A program made the translations under genes and the position numbers. A DNA stretch of 64,000 nt, taken from contig RQSC01001018.1 in assembly GCA_013416795.1 (NCBI GenBank), positions 36,576 to 100,575 on the forward strand. The letters are read 5' to 3'. This stretch comes from Prasinococcaceae sp. CCMP 1430. Taxonomy: Eukaryota > Plantae > Prasinodermophyta. Below are positions 14,703-28,490 of the stretch, in pieces (positions within the stretch are counted from its first letter, which is position 1; every line of letters starts with the position of its first letter). A model generated the notes under the pieces. That model saw only the letters and a list, made by a program, of their open reading frames with translations, did no database searches and was not told the DNA's origin.

Positions 14703-15899
14703 AGGCGGCCGCCGAGACGAGCGCCGCGACGAGCGCCGCGACGAGCGCGGGCCGCCCGCCCGCGACTACCGCGCCGACCTGCCGCCGAGCTCGATGCCCA
14801 CGCTCACCGACCTCAACAAGTGCGTGCGCGCGCGAACACGCGTGTGCTTGTGCGTATGTATGAGTATGCAAACGTGTGTGCGTGCGTGCATGCGTGCGTG
14901 CGTGCGTGCGTGCGTGCATGTGCGTGCGTTGTTGCGCGTGTGCGTATGTTTGAGTGTGTCTACGTCTGTGTGTATGTGCTGACTCTCCTCACGCCTTCCC
15001 CCTCAAACACACAAAACACACACACACACACACGCACAGCCGCGTGTACGTCTCCAACCTCGCCGAGGGCGTCACCACCGACGACCTGCGGGAGCTCTTC
15101 GGGCGCATCGGCGTCATCGCCAAGCAGCACCAGAAGCGCGGGCGCCGCGACCAGTGGCCATACGCGGTCAAGCTCTACACCGACGAGGTGCGTGGGCGCG
15201 CGGGGGGGCACGGGTGGGCGTGGGAGTGTGTGCGTGTGCGTGTGCGTGTGCTTGCGTTTGTACGTATACAGTGTGTGTGTGTGTGTGCAGCGTGGTGTGT
15301 GTGTGTGTGTATGAAGTGGGAGGGGTGAAGTGGTGTGTCTTTGTGTAGCCCCGCGCTGACGCTTTGTGCGCGCGCGTGCGTGTGTGCGTGTGTGCGTGTG
15401 CGCACTTCTGGATGTGCGTGCGCGCGCGCGCGCGCGCGTGCAGCGCGGACGCCCCAAGGGCGACGGCGTGGTGAAGTACGAGGACCCGATGGCCGCGCAG
15501 GCCGCGCCGGGCTTCTTCGACGGCCACGAGCTCAAGGGCAAGAAGATGAAGGTCGAGATGGCGGAGGTCAAGCCCGCCAGCGAGTACGCCAACCGCGGGG
15601 GTGAGGGCGCGCGTGCGCGCGCGCGAACGCACATACGCTCGCGCACACGCCACATACGTGCACGCGCAAGCACGCAGACACAAACACACGCACATGCACA
15701 CGCACGCACACACACGCGCGCACACGCACACACGCAAACACGCACGCACACGCACACACACACACACACGCACGAGCGCACGCGCGCACCCACACGCACA
15801 CAAGCTCTCGCTGACTCTTCCTCGCCCCCTCCATTCTCGCCAACGCGGACACGCATACACGCGCATGCATACACACACACACACACACATACACACACA

Positions 15900-15943
<44 letters not shown>

Positions 15944-16153
15944 TACACACACCCTGTGTGCGTGCACGCAGGCGGCGGCGGCGGGTACGGTGGAGGCCGC
16001 GGTGGAGGCCGCGGGTACGGTGGAGGCGGCGGAGGCGGCCGCGGCTACGGCGGAGGCGGCGGCGGAGGCTACCGGGGCGGCGGAGGAGGCTACGGAGGCG
16101 GCGGCGGAGGCTACGGGGGCGGCGGCGGAGGCTACGGGCGCGACCGCTACTGA
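14702..16153 (+). CDS. FET-like (TAF15/EWS/FUS-type) RRM protein with RGG/Gly-Tyr tail; exons <14702-14819, 15040-15187, 15444-15600, 15972-16153
   Basis: RVYVSNL...FGRIGVI...VKLYTDE|[18 protein letters not shown]; GGGGYGG repeats ending RDRY*. Confidence 0.8.
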
Positions 16154-16404
16154 CTGCGCGCGCGCGGTGGCGTAAATGCACACACGTACGTACACACGCG
16201 CACACACACGTGCACATGTGTACACACACACGTACGCACACACGCACACACACATGCGCACACGCACACACACACATGTGGGCCGCATCTCACAGGCGCG
16301 TGCGCGTGCGCGCGATTTGTTCGCGGTTTGCGCTCGCGCGTGCGCGCGTGCGTGTGCGTGTGCGTGTGTGCGAGCGCGTGTGCTTACGCGCGCGCGCGGC
16401 GCGC

Positions 16405-16568
16405 TCAGGGCGCCCCCGACGCCTGCTCGAGCGCCTGGCCGATCTGCTCGTCGAGCACGGCCTCCACTTGCTCGCTCACCTGCACGCGCGCGCCGGGGGG
16501 TGTCAGTGGGTGCACTCGCACACACGACCAGACTACGCACACGCGCATGCACACACACACACACAAAA

Positions 16569-16649
<81 letters not shown>

Positions 16650-17128
16650 AACACACACACAAAAACACACGCGCATGCACACACACACACACACACACGC
16701 ACGCACGCACATACACACACACGCCTCACCTTGTTGATCTTTTGCCTCTGCGCTGCGACCTCCGCCTCCTGAATGATGGCCTGCTTGTCGATGGTGTTGG
16801 CCGCCTTGTAGTACTCGGAGCGCAGCGTCTCCTTGGCCTTGAGCAGCTCGGCGATGGCCTTGGAGGACTCCTCGCTGGGGTTGGAGCGCGCGGCGGCGCG
16901 CTCGGCGGTGAGGCGCTGCGTGAGGCCGCGGTCGATCGCGCGCGCCTGCGCGCGCACGTGCGTGCGGCGCGTGCGTGAGCGCGTGCGCAGGCGCGCGCGA
17001 GCTCGTGAGCGCACACACATGCGCACACGGGTGCGCACGCACGCACGCACGCACATGCACCTACACGTACATGCGCAAGCACACACACACACACACACTG
17101 AGTACGCATTCACACACACACACGCGCG

Positions 17129-17177
<49 letters not shown>

Positions 17178-17531
17178 ACACACACACACACACGTATTCA
17201 CGCGCGCGCGCGCGCACACACACGCACACGGCCCCGCGCACAAACGTCCTCGCGCGCTCCGCACCTGCCTGTCGACGCTCTGCTTCTCCTGCGCGCGCTT
17301 TGCCGACTCGACGAGCGCGGCGCGGTCGAGCGAGTACTTGGCCTTGGAGGCCTCCTGCGCGAGCGCGCCCTTCTGCTCCTCGAGCCTCTCGGCGCGCTGC
17401 GCGGGCGAGTCGGCGGCGAGGGCGGCGCCGGGGGCGGTGGCGGTGAGGAGCAGCGCGGCGGCCGCGGCGAGGACGAGCACGATTCGCGACGCCGTCGAGG
17501 CAGCCGCCGTGCGCGCGCGCGTGCGACGCAT
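16405..17531 (-). CDS. Hypothetical coiled-coil protein with a hydrophobic signal ending A-x-A (possibly secreted or thylakoid-lumenal); 3 exons
   Basis: [13 protein letters not shown]...AALAA signal; helical exons flanked by GT/AG sites between (CA)n introns. Confidence 0.55.
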
Positions 17532-17788
17532 GGCACGCCGCGTGCGAGGACGCGGCCTTCGCGCTGGGCGACGGGGGCGTGCTGGAGCCGTGCGCGTTCG
17601 GGGCCGGCGGCGCCAATGAGGTGCGTACGCGCGCGTGTGTGTATCTGTAAGCGTGTGTGTGCGTGTGTGTGTGCGCACGCGCCGACGCTCACACATGCAT
17701 GCACACGCACGCACACGCACGTGCATTCGCACATACACACACGCGCGGTCACACATGCACACCACATCAAACACTCACACACACACAC

Positions 17789-17819
<31 letters not shown>

Positions 17820-17842
17820 TGCGCACACACACACACACACAC

Positions 17843-17911
<69 letters not shown>

Positions 17912-18180
17912 TGCACACACACACACGCACACGCACACGCACACACACGGCGCGTGCGTCGTCGTCGCCGGCGCCAGCGCGCGGCCACGCGCGCGCGCTG
18001 CAAGATTGCGCGCGCGATCCACACCCGCGCGCGCAAACGCGCGCGCGGGCAGAGGGGTTTAGGTTTTGTACTTTGGGTTGTATGCTGTGTGATAGAGGGT
18101 TTGGAAGTTTGAAACGGGCGCGGGTTGCGTTACGAACCCGCAGCGGCGGGCGGTGCGGGGGCCAGCGGAGGGGCGGCGCT

Positions 18181-18211
<31 letters not shown>

Positions 18212-18383
18212 GCGCCGAGCGTGTGCCCGTGGGTGCGCTGGTGTGCGTGCGTGCGCGTGTCCACGTGCGCGCGGCGCGCGCGCGCGCGTAGCGCTGCCGC
18301 GTCGTGGGCGCGCATTGCCCGCGGGTACGGATCGTAGCCGTTTCAGAGCGCGCGCGCGCGTGTGTGTGTGTGCGTCGGCGGCC

Positions 18384-20312
18384 TCATGCGCGCGCGCTGC
18401 CCATGCGCCGCGCGGCCTCGCGCGCCATGTCGAGATCGGCTGCCACCCTGGCGCCGCGCCCGGCCACCTCGACGGCGCCCGTGCGCGCGCACGTGGTGTC
18501 GTCCTCGAGCATAGCCAGCGCCATGCCGACCAGCGTGCCCACGCCGTAGGGCAGGCTGTCCTCGTCCACCTGCGCCCGCTCGCGCGCGCGCGGTCAGCGA
18601 CGCCTGCGCGCACACCACACGTGCGCGCACGGGCACACGGGCACGCACACACGCGCGAGCGCGAGCGCGCTCACGCACCTCGAACGTGGGCGCGTGGTGG
18701 TTGGTCCCCGTGCGCTCCCCCGGCGCGTGGCCCGCGGCGCGGTGCCCCGAGAGCATCGCCACGCACGGCACGACCTCGCAGAAGAAAGCAAAGTCCTCGC
18801 CTATCATCAGCTGGTCCATCTCGCGCCACGCGGCGGCGCCGAACGCGCCCTCGACCATGCGCCGCGCGAGGCCCACCAGCGCGGGCGAGTTGACCACGGG
18901 CGGGTACGCGCGCGTCGTCCACGTGTCGCCGAACGCGGTGGTGTGCACCTCCGCGTCGAGGAAGTCCACCTCGGCCTCCACGCCGTGCGCCGCGGCCACG
19001 CCGGCGGCGGCCGTCTCGATCGCCGCGCGCAGCTTGGCGTGCGCGCCCTGGACCGGTACGAGGCCGTGCGCGTGGTGCGTGTGAACGGATGAGCGCACGG
19101 TGCGTAAGCGCACGCGCACACGCAAATCACGCGCACAGTCGCGCACGCACGCCGCGCACCTTTGACATGGCACGAAAGGTACCTCCAACCTCCGCTACGC
19201 CCGGGATGATGTTGAGCGCTTGCCCGCCCGCATGCAGCCGCGTGACGGAGAGCACGACGGGCTCGAGCGGGTCGCTGGCGCGGCTGACGGCGAGCTGCAG
19301 CGCAGCGACGAGCGCGGCGGCGGCGACGACGGGGTCGCGCGCGAGGTGAGGCAGTGCGGCGTGGCCGCCGGCGCCCGCGAGCGTCACGACGAACTTGCCG
19401 CTCGCGGCGAGGAACGGCCCCGCGCGTGAGGCGACCACGCCCGTCGGGAGGCCGCTCCATGTGTGTACCATGGCTGCAGCGGAGACGCCCTCCGCGGCGC
19501 CCTCCTCCACCATACGCGCGCCGCCCGCGCCGCCCTCCTCAGCGGGCTGCCACACCAGCCGCACGGTGCCGCTCGGCAGCCGGCCCGCGTCGGCCCGCGC
19601 CTTGAGGACCTGCGCGCGCGCGCGCGTGTATGCGCGTATGTGCGTGAATACACGCGTGTGTGCGCGTATGTGCGTGAGCGCATGCAGCCGCGCGTGCGTG
19701 CTGTCGCACGCACGGGCCCGCGCACACGCGCGGCGCCGCGCGCATGCGAACCTTTGCGGCGCCGAGCAGCATCGCCGCGTGCGCGTCGTGGCCGCACGCG
19801 TGCATGCGCCCTGGGTACGCGCTGGCGAAGGGCACGTCGGCCTCCTCGTGCACCGGCAGGCCGTCAAGATCCGCGCGAAGCAGCACGATGGGCTCGCCCT
19901 CGCCCACCTCCGCCACGACACCGGTGATCGCCACGGGGAAGGTGTATCGCACGCCGAGCGCGTCGAGCTCGCGCCGCACGATGGCGCTAGCGTTGTGCTC
20001 CTCGTACACCACGGCAGGCACGCGATGGAGCTCGCGGCGAAGTGCGACGACGTGATCCGCAACGGCGAAGGCCTCGGCGGCCACGCCAGCGTCGGGGGCG
20101 GGAACTTCCGCCGGGCGGACGGCACCGTCGGCGGCAAGCGCGATGCCACCCGCGCCCACACCCAAGCCCGCGTCCACGTCCGCGCCCGCAGCGACCGCGG
20201 TCGCGAGCCCCGCCAGCGCCGCCGCCAACGCCGCCAGCGTCGCCCTCGACATCGCCACTGTCATGGCCGTAGCCGTCAGCCAGCGGCGGCGCGGGCGCGC
20301 GTTGTGGCGCAT
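18384..20312 (-). CDS. M20D amidohydrolase (IAA-amino acid hydrolase ILR1-like), 4 exons
   Basis: RRELHRVP, LRADLDGLP, MHACGHD, QPAEEG, GGHAALPH, GEDF. Confidence 0.9.
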
Positions 20313-20471
20313 CGTGTGGCGCACGCAGCGGTCCCTCGCGCCACGCGAGCACGCGCGCGCCCGCGCGTATGCGTTCGCGTGCGCGCACGCGCGCGCGTGT
20401 GTGTGTGCCTGTTGTGTGTGCGTGTGCCACTCGCGCGAGCGCGAGCGCGCGAGCTCGCGGCGGGCGCCAGC

Positions 20472-22275
20472 ATGGCGCTCGCCGCGGCCGGTGCCCTGCA
20501 GGCCAGGCGGCTGGTGTGCTTCGTGGGCGGGTGCGTGCTCCACTCCTCTCTCGCTGGCTTTCGCTCTGGCCTCAACGCGAGCGCACGCACGCGCGCCCTG
20601 ACACGCGCGGGCGCTGCACACACGCACGCGCACACGGCACGGCGCGGCACGGCACGCGCACCTCAGGTACAGCGCGCCGCGCCAGGCGGATCCGTTCGGT
20701 GGCACGGTAGGGTACGCTGACGAGGGGCGCGTGTGCGCCGGCGTGGGGTGCGTGGCGCTCTGGGGCGACGGGCGCATCGACCGCGGCGCGCTGCGCGCCC
20801 CCACGCCCGCGGGCGCCAACCCGTCGTATGTGCTCGCGGGTCCCGCCGACACACACGGCACGCGCGTGCTCTACGTCGCCAACGAGTTCACACGCGGCGA
20901 TGTCGCCGGCGGTGGCGACGAGCCCGGCGTGCGCGCGCTGGAGGTGGTCCAGGACGCCGATGGCGCAACGTTGCGGCCGCTGGGGGCGCCCGTGCCCACC
21001 GGCGGTGACCTCCCGTGTCACGTTGCGCTCGGCGCGGGCGGCGGCGTGCTGTGCGTGAGCCACTACGGCGTGGGCGGCGTCGCTGGCGTTGAGGTGTGTG
21101 GGCGCGCAAAAGTGCACGCGCATGCGGACACACGCGCGCGTACGAGAGCGCGCGCCCACGTGAACTCAAGCACACCCACGAACGCACGCACGCGCACACG
21201 CGCCCACACACGCACGCACGCGCGTATGCGCGCATGCTGACGCACACGCGCAGGTGGGCGCGGACGGCGCGCTGGGTGCGGTAACGTCGAGGGTGGAGTT
21301 CGCCTTCGCGGGCGTCGGGCCGGACTCGGCGCGGCAGGAGGCCTCGCACGCGCACAGCGTCGAGCTCGATCCGCTGCGGCCTGGGAGCGCCCTGGTTTGC
21401 GACCTGGGCGCCGACACCCTGCACCGGCTGGTGGTGACTCGCGGCGTCCTCGCCGTGGAGAAGGACGAGGTAAGCGAACGCGCGCGCTCGCGAGCACACT
21501 GCATGCGCACTCGCGCGCGCGCGCGCGCTGACTCGCGCTTCAAGAGCTCGCCGCCTGTGGCGACGCCGCCGGGCGGCGGCCCGCGCTCGCTCGCATGGCA
21601 CCCGTCCGGCCGCTTCGCGTACGTTGTGCTCGAGATGGCCGCGCAGGTCGCCGTGTACCGCCGTGCGGCAAGCGCTGAGGGAAGCTCCGGCGCGGCAGGC
21701 GCGCTCGAGCTCGTCGGCGTGTCGCCCACGCTGCCCGAGGGCTGGCCCGCGCCCTGCGACGAGCCCAGCTGGTCGCGCAACCGCGGGCGCTGGGCGGCTG
21801 ACGTTGGTGCGTGCGCGGTGGGGGAGAGCCGAGACTCGATTACCTGACGGGAAGGTCGCGTCGCATTTGTTGGCGCACGCGCTCACGCGCGCGCCCAAGA
21901 TGTCACACAGATGCGTACGCGCACACACACGAGCGCTGACACGCGTGAGCGAACGCACACGCTGCGCGTGCAGCCGTGACACCCGACGGGCGCTTCGCCT
22001 TCGTTTCCAACCGCCTGCACGACAGCATCGCGCGCTTCGCGGTGGACGCCACCACGGGGCTGCTCTCCCTGTTGGGCCACACGCCGTGCGGCGGCGCGTG
22101 CCCGCGCTGCATGCGCCTGTGCGCGGGCGGCGCGCTGCTCGTCGTCGCCAACCAGCACAGCCACTCGGTGGCCACCTTCCGCGTGGACGCCGCGACGGGC
22201 GACCTGGAGCTCGCCGACGCCCTCGCCGAGTTCCCCAACGCCAGCTGCGTCGAGGTCGTCGAGCTACCGTCGTGA
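20472..22275 (+). CDS. 6-phosphogluconolactonase / cycloisomerase-2 family beta-propeller, multi-exon
   Basis: NPSY, LYVANE, PCHVA, RQEASHAHSV, CDLGAD, GPRSLAWHPSG, TPDGRFAFVSNR, VANQHS. Confidence 0.85.
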
Positions 22276-22619
22276 GACGCACATGCGCCCTCGCAGGCAC
22301 ACACACACACACACACACACTGTGCGGTTAATAATAGGCGCTATTGAACGATCGGTCGGCGAATCGCTCGCACTGTTTTTGGTGGGAGTCGATGTCACCA
22401 CCCTCGCAGCCGTTTCGAAATTCAAACGCGACCGCGCGCGCGCGCCGCCGCAGGCCTCTCAGGTAGAGTGGTGGGGGTGGGGAGGGGGAGGGGGCCACAT
22501 CTGCGCCACTGGACACACGCACACGCACACGCTCACGCGCGTGCGCGCGCGCACGTTTGGCCCTGGGGAGCGTCGGCCGCACGCGCGCCGGCAATTGCGC
22601 GCGGGATGCCGGCGCTCGC

Positions 22620-23440
22620 CGCGCAGCGCCGACGCCGCCGCGGCGCGCGCCCGCTGCGCGGCGCTTGCGACGTCGTCCGCGGAGTGCGGCGGCGAGCGCG
22701 TGCGTTTCTACGAGGCGCGCGCTGCAGGCGACCAGGCACGCGCCGCAGGTGTGGACGTGCTCGTGCTGCACGAGTTCTTCGGCCTCACGGAACGCGAGGC
22801 GGCCATTGCTGACGCGCTGGCGTGCCGCGAGGGCGTGCGCCGCGCGCTCGCTGTCGACATGTGGGCCGGCGAGGGCGCGACCGAGCGCCTCATACCGCGG
22901 GCGATATGGCTCGCGCTGCGCCCGGGGGGCAGACGCGAGGCCGTCAGGAGGGTGGCCGCCTTCGCCAATGCCGTTGCGGCGCCCGCCGACGGCGCAAGCG
23001 AGGAGGCGCCTGCGGTGGCGACGCTGCTCGTGGGCTTCTGCTACGGCGGCGGTGTCGCCGCGCGCGCGGCGGCTGCGCTGGGCGGAGGCGAAATGGGGGG
23101 GCGCCCGGCGGCATTCGCGTGCTTCTACGGCGCGCCGCTCGACGCCGACGCCGCGGACGACGAAGAAGCGCTGCACCGGCTGCGTGGCACGCGCGCGTTG
23201 CTGGTCTACGGCGGCCGTGACGCGCAGTTCCCGCCGGCGGCCGTCGACGCGTACGAGCGCGCCCTCGAGGCCGCGGGCGCGCACGCGCGCGTCGCGCGCT
23301 ACCCGGCGCAGGGCCACGCGTTTCTGCGGGCCGTCCCCGAAGACGGCGACGGAAGCAATGCCGACGCCGCGGACGCCTGGCGCGAGCTCGAGGCCTTCGT
23401 TGACCAGGTCGCTGCGGACGTCGCCGACGCCGCCAGCTGA
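22620..23440 (+). CDS. Dienelactone hydrolase family protein (start unresolved)
   Basis: LHEFFGL, nucleophile motif GFCYGG, YGGRD, YPAQGHAF. Confidence 0.8.
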
Positions 23441-23491
23441 AGCGCAATTCCGCCAGCTTACGCGCGACCACGCGGCTGTAACAGTGATGTA

Positions 23492-24782
23492 TTATCGGAG
23501 CTCGTCGCCACCGCCGCCGCGGTCGGCGGGCGCGTCGCCGGCAAGCCTGCGCGCGTATTCGCGCGTGAGGTTGAGGTAGAGGTACGGATCGCCCCCGTAG
23601 CCCACGTACTCACCCGCGGGCAGGCCGCGTGCGGCAGGCCGCACGACGCCATCCGCGGCCGGCTCGATCTGCGTGCCCTCGCCCCACTCATTGTAGCTGG
23701 TGATGGCTACGCCCAGCACGTTCCCTCCGCCCCCGCCGGCGCGTCCGAAGACGCGCAGCGCGCCCTCCCATCGCTCCCTGTACACGTCCCCGCCGCGCCT
23801 GTCGATGGTGTGCGCCGCGTTCCACGGCCGTATACGCGCGTCGTCGTAGCCTGGCGCGACGCACGGGAAGAAGCCCATTCCGCGCGAGCGTAGCTCTCCC
23901 ACCATGGCGTCCCAATTGCGCACGGCCGCCCCGTAGCCCATGCGCTCGCTGGCGAAGTACGGGTACGCTGCGTCGAAGCCGCCCGCGGCAAGTTCGGCGC
24001 CGTGGCCGCGCTCAAGGAAGAGGCCGACAGCGAAGACATCGAGCGGCGTGCCACGCACGCTGGCGCCTCCCCGCGCGAGCACCGCGGCCCAGTCAGAGGC
24101 CGAGATGTGGTAGCTGTCGTAGACGAAGGCGAGCGGCCTGCCGGCGACGCGAGCCAGCGCGGGGTGCGCGAGCAGCCGACCCCCTTCGGGTGACGCGAGG
24201 TATTCGAGGTCCTCGCGGAAGCTCGCCGCGGTGCGCCCCGGGTATGGCTCCATGTGCAGCGCCCAGCGCACACCCGCGGCGGCGCAAGCGTCCGCTGCCT
24301 CGGCGAGCCGCGCATCGGTGCTCACGCCTTGTGTGTCGGTGGCGCCCTCGCGCCACGATGGCCCCCACCAGCTCATGGCAAGAACGTCGATCCCCGCCGC
24401 CTGCACGAGGAGGGTGCGCACGCGCGTGTGCGTGTGTGAGCGCGCGCAGTCGCGAAGGGGGGCAACGGGGGGAAGGCCTTCACGCACGCGCTGCGCCGCA
24501 CTCCGCCCGCCTTACCTTGGCCTCCTCCGCCTGCGCGCGCAGCGTGTCTGCGTCGGCCGACGAATACGGCCCACGCAGCGGGTAGAACGGCGCGTGGATG
24601 TCGTCAGGCGGCGCGTGGCGCGCGCCGACCGACGGATGCTGAGCGTTGACCTCGGGCGTCCAGTGCGGCAGCACCTCGTGGTCCCAGTGCGCGTACGGCG
24701 CGCGTGGCGCGCGCCCCGTCGGCGCACCGTACCACAGGTAGAAGAAGGCCACCACGAGCGCGCGCGGCGACGCACCCGCCAT
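23492..24782 (-). CDS. Glycoprotein endo-alpha-1,2-mannosidase-like (GH99); exons ~24782-24516, 24400-23492
   Basis: FFYLWYG, HWDHEVLPHW, FYPLRGPYSS, HMEPY, PGYDDARIRPWN, ITSYNEWGEGTQIEPA. Confidence 0.9.
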
Positions 24783-25311
24783 GACGGCGACGGAAACGGG
24801 AGGCAGGGGGGCGCGAGCGCCCCCTCGTGTGGCGCGCGCGCGTCGGCGCCATGGAGGTCCCCCGCCACTGCCACGAGCAGGTCCACCCGCCGGCGCAGCC
24901 CCCAACACGGCGCGTTACGGTTTCGCATTTCAAACCGAGGTCAAATTGCATTAGGAAGAGCTTTTTGAAGGCGGCCGAAGGTCAGCGCACCGCACGTCAA
25001 AGCGCACGCAAGTCTTCAAATTGGGTAGGGTCAGCGTCTGTCGTATCTCAGGTCAAAAGCATTGATACTCTGCAGCAGTTTGAATGCATTGAAAAGCTGA
25101 TATGAATATGATGGTCCTCAAAAAGGCGCGGGTGTTGGCAGTGTCGGAGGGCTCCAACACCCCTCAGTCGCCGGCGATGGCGGAGGTGGCGGAGGTGGCG
25201 GAGGTGGCGGCGGGCGTGAGGGTGGCGGTGGAGGTGAATGTGAGGAGGGCGGGGCAGAGGCGGATCTGAGAAGGGCCGAGGGCCTCCTCCTCGAGGCGGT
25301 GCTTCGCCAGC

Positions 25312-28010
25312 TTGGAGAGGGAGAGACAGAACAGGCGGGCGAGCGCGCCCGCGGGCGCGGGCGGGCAGGCGCGGCCGTCAGGCCCGCGCGCCTTCCGCAT
25401 CAAGCCCTTCAGCCACAAGCTGCAGATGGACCCGCAGTACCCAGGTGCGCGCGCGGGGGAGTGGGGGCAGAGCCGGCGCGCCAGGCTGGCAGGCGGGCGG
25501 GTGGCGCCCAGTATGCAAACTCGTGCGCGCGCAAAAGACCGCGGAGGCGCGCGCGCCGTCGCGATGGCGCGGGCCTTGCGATGAGGCGCCGCCGACGGAG
25601 CGCGGCGCTTCCGCCGCCCTTGTACGGAGCGGCATGACGGCCGCCCGACAGCCGCGGGCCCATGCCGAGCACAGGCCAGCGCGGTGGGCAGGCGCCGGCA
25701 TGCCCGCGCCACTGCTGTTGCGCGCCCTCGCGCAAACAAACGCGGCCTCGCAAGAGCGCTCTGCCTGCGGCCGTCATGCGTTACTGCTGGATGCCCTCGC
25801 CTCGCCGCTGACCCCCTCGCATCGACCCTTCACACTCGCTGCTTTGCGGTGTTTCCTTCCCGTGCTCGGGCGCCGCCTCGCATGCAGACAAAACGTGGAA
25901 GATCATCCGCGACGCGATCCGGGAGATCAACACTCGCAACCCGAGCGGGCTGTCGTTCGAGGAGCTCTACCGCAATGCATACAACATGGTGCTTCACAAG
26001 TTCGGCGACAAGCTGTACGACGGCGTGCGCACGGAGATCACTGCGCACCTGCAACAGGTATCGTCGAAGATCGAACAGGCGCAGGGCCTCGAGTTCCTGG
26101 AGGAGCTCAGGGTGAAGTGGAACAACCACAACGGCTCCATGCGATGGATGGGCGACATACTGATGTACATGGACCGCACCTACGTGTTGCAGCAGCGGAA
26201 GATGTCCGTGCACGAGATGGGCTTACAGCTGTGGCGTGACCACGTGGTGAGATCGCCGCAAACGCACGAGTGGCTGCAAAAGGAGATGCTGGACAGAGTG
26301 GCGCGCGAGCGGCAAGGCGAGGTGATCGACCGCGGGCTGATGAAGGGCGTGGTGAAAATGCTGACAGACCTGGGCCTCGCCGTCTACCGGCAGGACCTCG
26401 AGGCGCCGTTCCTCAGGGACGCCACAGAGTTCTACTTCGCGGAGGCGACGGAGTACATGTCGCAGTGCGACTGCTCCGAGTACCTGCGCAAGGCGCAGCG
26501 GCGGCTGGACGAGGAGCTCGAGCGCGTGTCGAGCTACCTGGACAAGTCCACTGAGGAGAAGGTCTTGGATGTGGTTCAGGAGCAGATGCTGGAGAAACAC
26601 ATGCAGACGCTGGTAATGATGGAGAACAGCGGCCTCGTGAGCATGCTGCTTGCCGACAAGTACGACGACCTGAAGCGCATGTACACGCTTTTCAAGCTCA
26701 CCTCACAGGGACTGTCCACGATGCGCGGCGTGCTTCTGGAGCACCTGCGCTCGAGTGGCAAGGTGCTGGTGACGGACCCGGAGCTGTGCAAGGATGCGGT
26801 GGCGTACGTGGACCGGCTGCTGGTGGAGAAGGCCAAGTACGACGCGATCGTCTCGAAGGCGTTTGACAACGACAAGTCCTTCCAGACGACCATCAACAGC
26901 GCCTTCGAGTACTTCATCAACCTCAACCCGCGCTCGCCGGAATTCATCTCGCTGTACGTGGACGACAAGCTTCGCAAGGGCCTCAAGGGTGTCAGCGAGG
27001 AGGACGTGGAGAAGGTGCTGGACAGGGTGATGATGCTGTTCCGCTACCTGCAGGAGAAGGACATTTTTGAGAAGTACTACAAGCAGCACCTATCGCGGCG
27101 GCTGCTCGGCGGCCGCACGGTCAGCGACGACGCCGAGCGCTCGCTCATCGTCAAGCTCAAGTATGAGTGCGGCTACCAGTTCACGTCCAAGCTCGAGTCG
27201 ATGTTCACTGACATGCGCACGAGCCGCGACACGATGGAGGGCTTCCGAAACATGCTGCGATCGACCGACACGGCCATGGCGCTTGACCTCAACGTGCACG
27301 TGCTCACGACGGGCAGCTGGCCCACCACGCCATGCAAGTGCAACCTGCCGCAGCAGCTGGTGGAATGCTGCGAGCTCTTCACTAATTACTACCTCAACGC
27401 GCACTCGGGCCGCCGCCTCTCGTGGCAGACTAACATGGGCAATGCCGACGTCCGCGCGACCTTCGCCAAGTCCAAGCACGACCTCAACGTGACGACATAC
27501 CAGATGTGCATTTTGCTGCTGTTCAACGACACGGACAAGCTCACCTACGGCGAGATCGCTGCTGCGACCGCGATCCCCGCCAACGACCTGAAGCGCGCGC
27601 TGCAGAGCATGGCGTGCGTCAAGGGCAAAAACGTGCTGCGGAAGGAGCCGATGAGCAAGGAGGTGCTGGAGAGTGACACATTCAGCTTCAATGACAAGTT
27701 CCACTCGAAGCTGGTGAAGATCAAGATTGGAATGGTGAGCGCGCGGCAGGAAACGGAGGGCGAGAAGGCGGAGACGCGCACCAAGGTGGACGAAGACCGC
27801 AAGCCGCAGATCGAGGCTGCCATCGTGCGCCTCCTCAAGAGCCGCCGCGTCATGGACCACAACACGGTTATCGCCGAGGTCACCAAGCAGCTGCAGTCGC
27901 GCTTCGTGCCCAACCCCGCGGTCATCAAGAAGCGTATCGAGAGCCTCATCGAGAGGGAATTCCTCGAGCGCGACAGGGAAGACAGGCGCACGTACCGATA
28001 CCTCGCGTGA
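25312..28010 (+). CDS. CUL3: Cullin-3; exons (start uncertain)-25444, 25888-28010
   Basis: FRIKPF, LSFEELYRNAYNMVLHK, DILMYMDR, KDIFEKYYKQHL, IEAAIVR.LKSR, KKRIESLIEREFL, YRYLA*. Confidence 0.95.
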
Positions 28011-28029
28011 TGCACGCGCAGCGCCGCGC

Positions 28030-28034
28030 TGTAA
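28030..28034 (+). promoter_or_regulatory. TGTAA chlorophyte-type poly(A) signal (example after CUL3)
   Basis: Also at 23477, 29876, 36848 (+) and 1294, 33462, 43372, 44558, 49707, 52684 (-), each shortly downstream of a stop codon. Confidence 0.7.
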
Positions 28035-28490
28035 CATTGCCACTCCCTCCTCGGCTGCTGCCAGAAGCCCACCAGCCCGCCTGCAAGCCAGCCAGAGCTC
28101 TCTCTAGCCTGTTGCGCCCGCTAGCCAGCCGGCCGACCCCCCAACGCCATGCGCTGCGTGTGGAGTGGCAGGCCCGTCCGACCGCACGGCGCCATCGCCT
28201 CCGCACAGCCGCGTGAGGGGCCGCTCGGTGGGTGGTGGGTGCGAACGAAGGTCAAAATGCATCCAGATCGGCGATGGAGGAAAAAAAGCATGCGGATGCG
28301 CGCGACAGACAACCGCCGCTGCTGCGGGCGCGCTGCTGCTGCTGCCACAGCGCGCGGGGGCGGCGGGGGAGGAGGGGGGCGGTGCAGCATTCGCCCTGCG
28401 TCAAGGCGCGGCCTGTCGCCATGGCGGCGGTGGCGCGTGTGGCGGCGGCGGCCCTGACGATGAGCACTTTCTTGACGATTCGGATGATGA

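Larger units (their letters stand above)
14630..18060. repeat. Dense (CA)n/(GT)n/(GCGT)n microsatellite tracts filling introns
   Basis: Seen directly; similar tracts at 4320-4460, 55328-55440, 62677-62715 and 63370-63510. Confidence 0.95.

Noticed and set aside
14960-18062. Long ORFs rich in HTHT/CVCV
   Set aside because: Translations of (CA)n/(GT)n microsatellites, which contain no stop codons
25177-25269. In-frame TGA upstream of the CUL3 first exon as a possible Sec or read-through site
   Set aside because: Non-conserved low-complexity region, no redox motif and no SECIS seen; more likely UTR or intron
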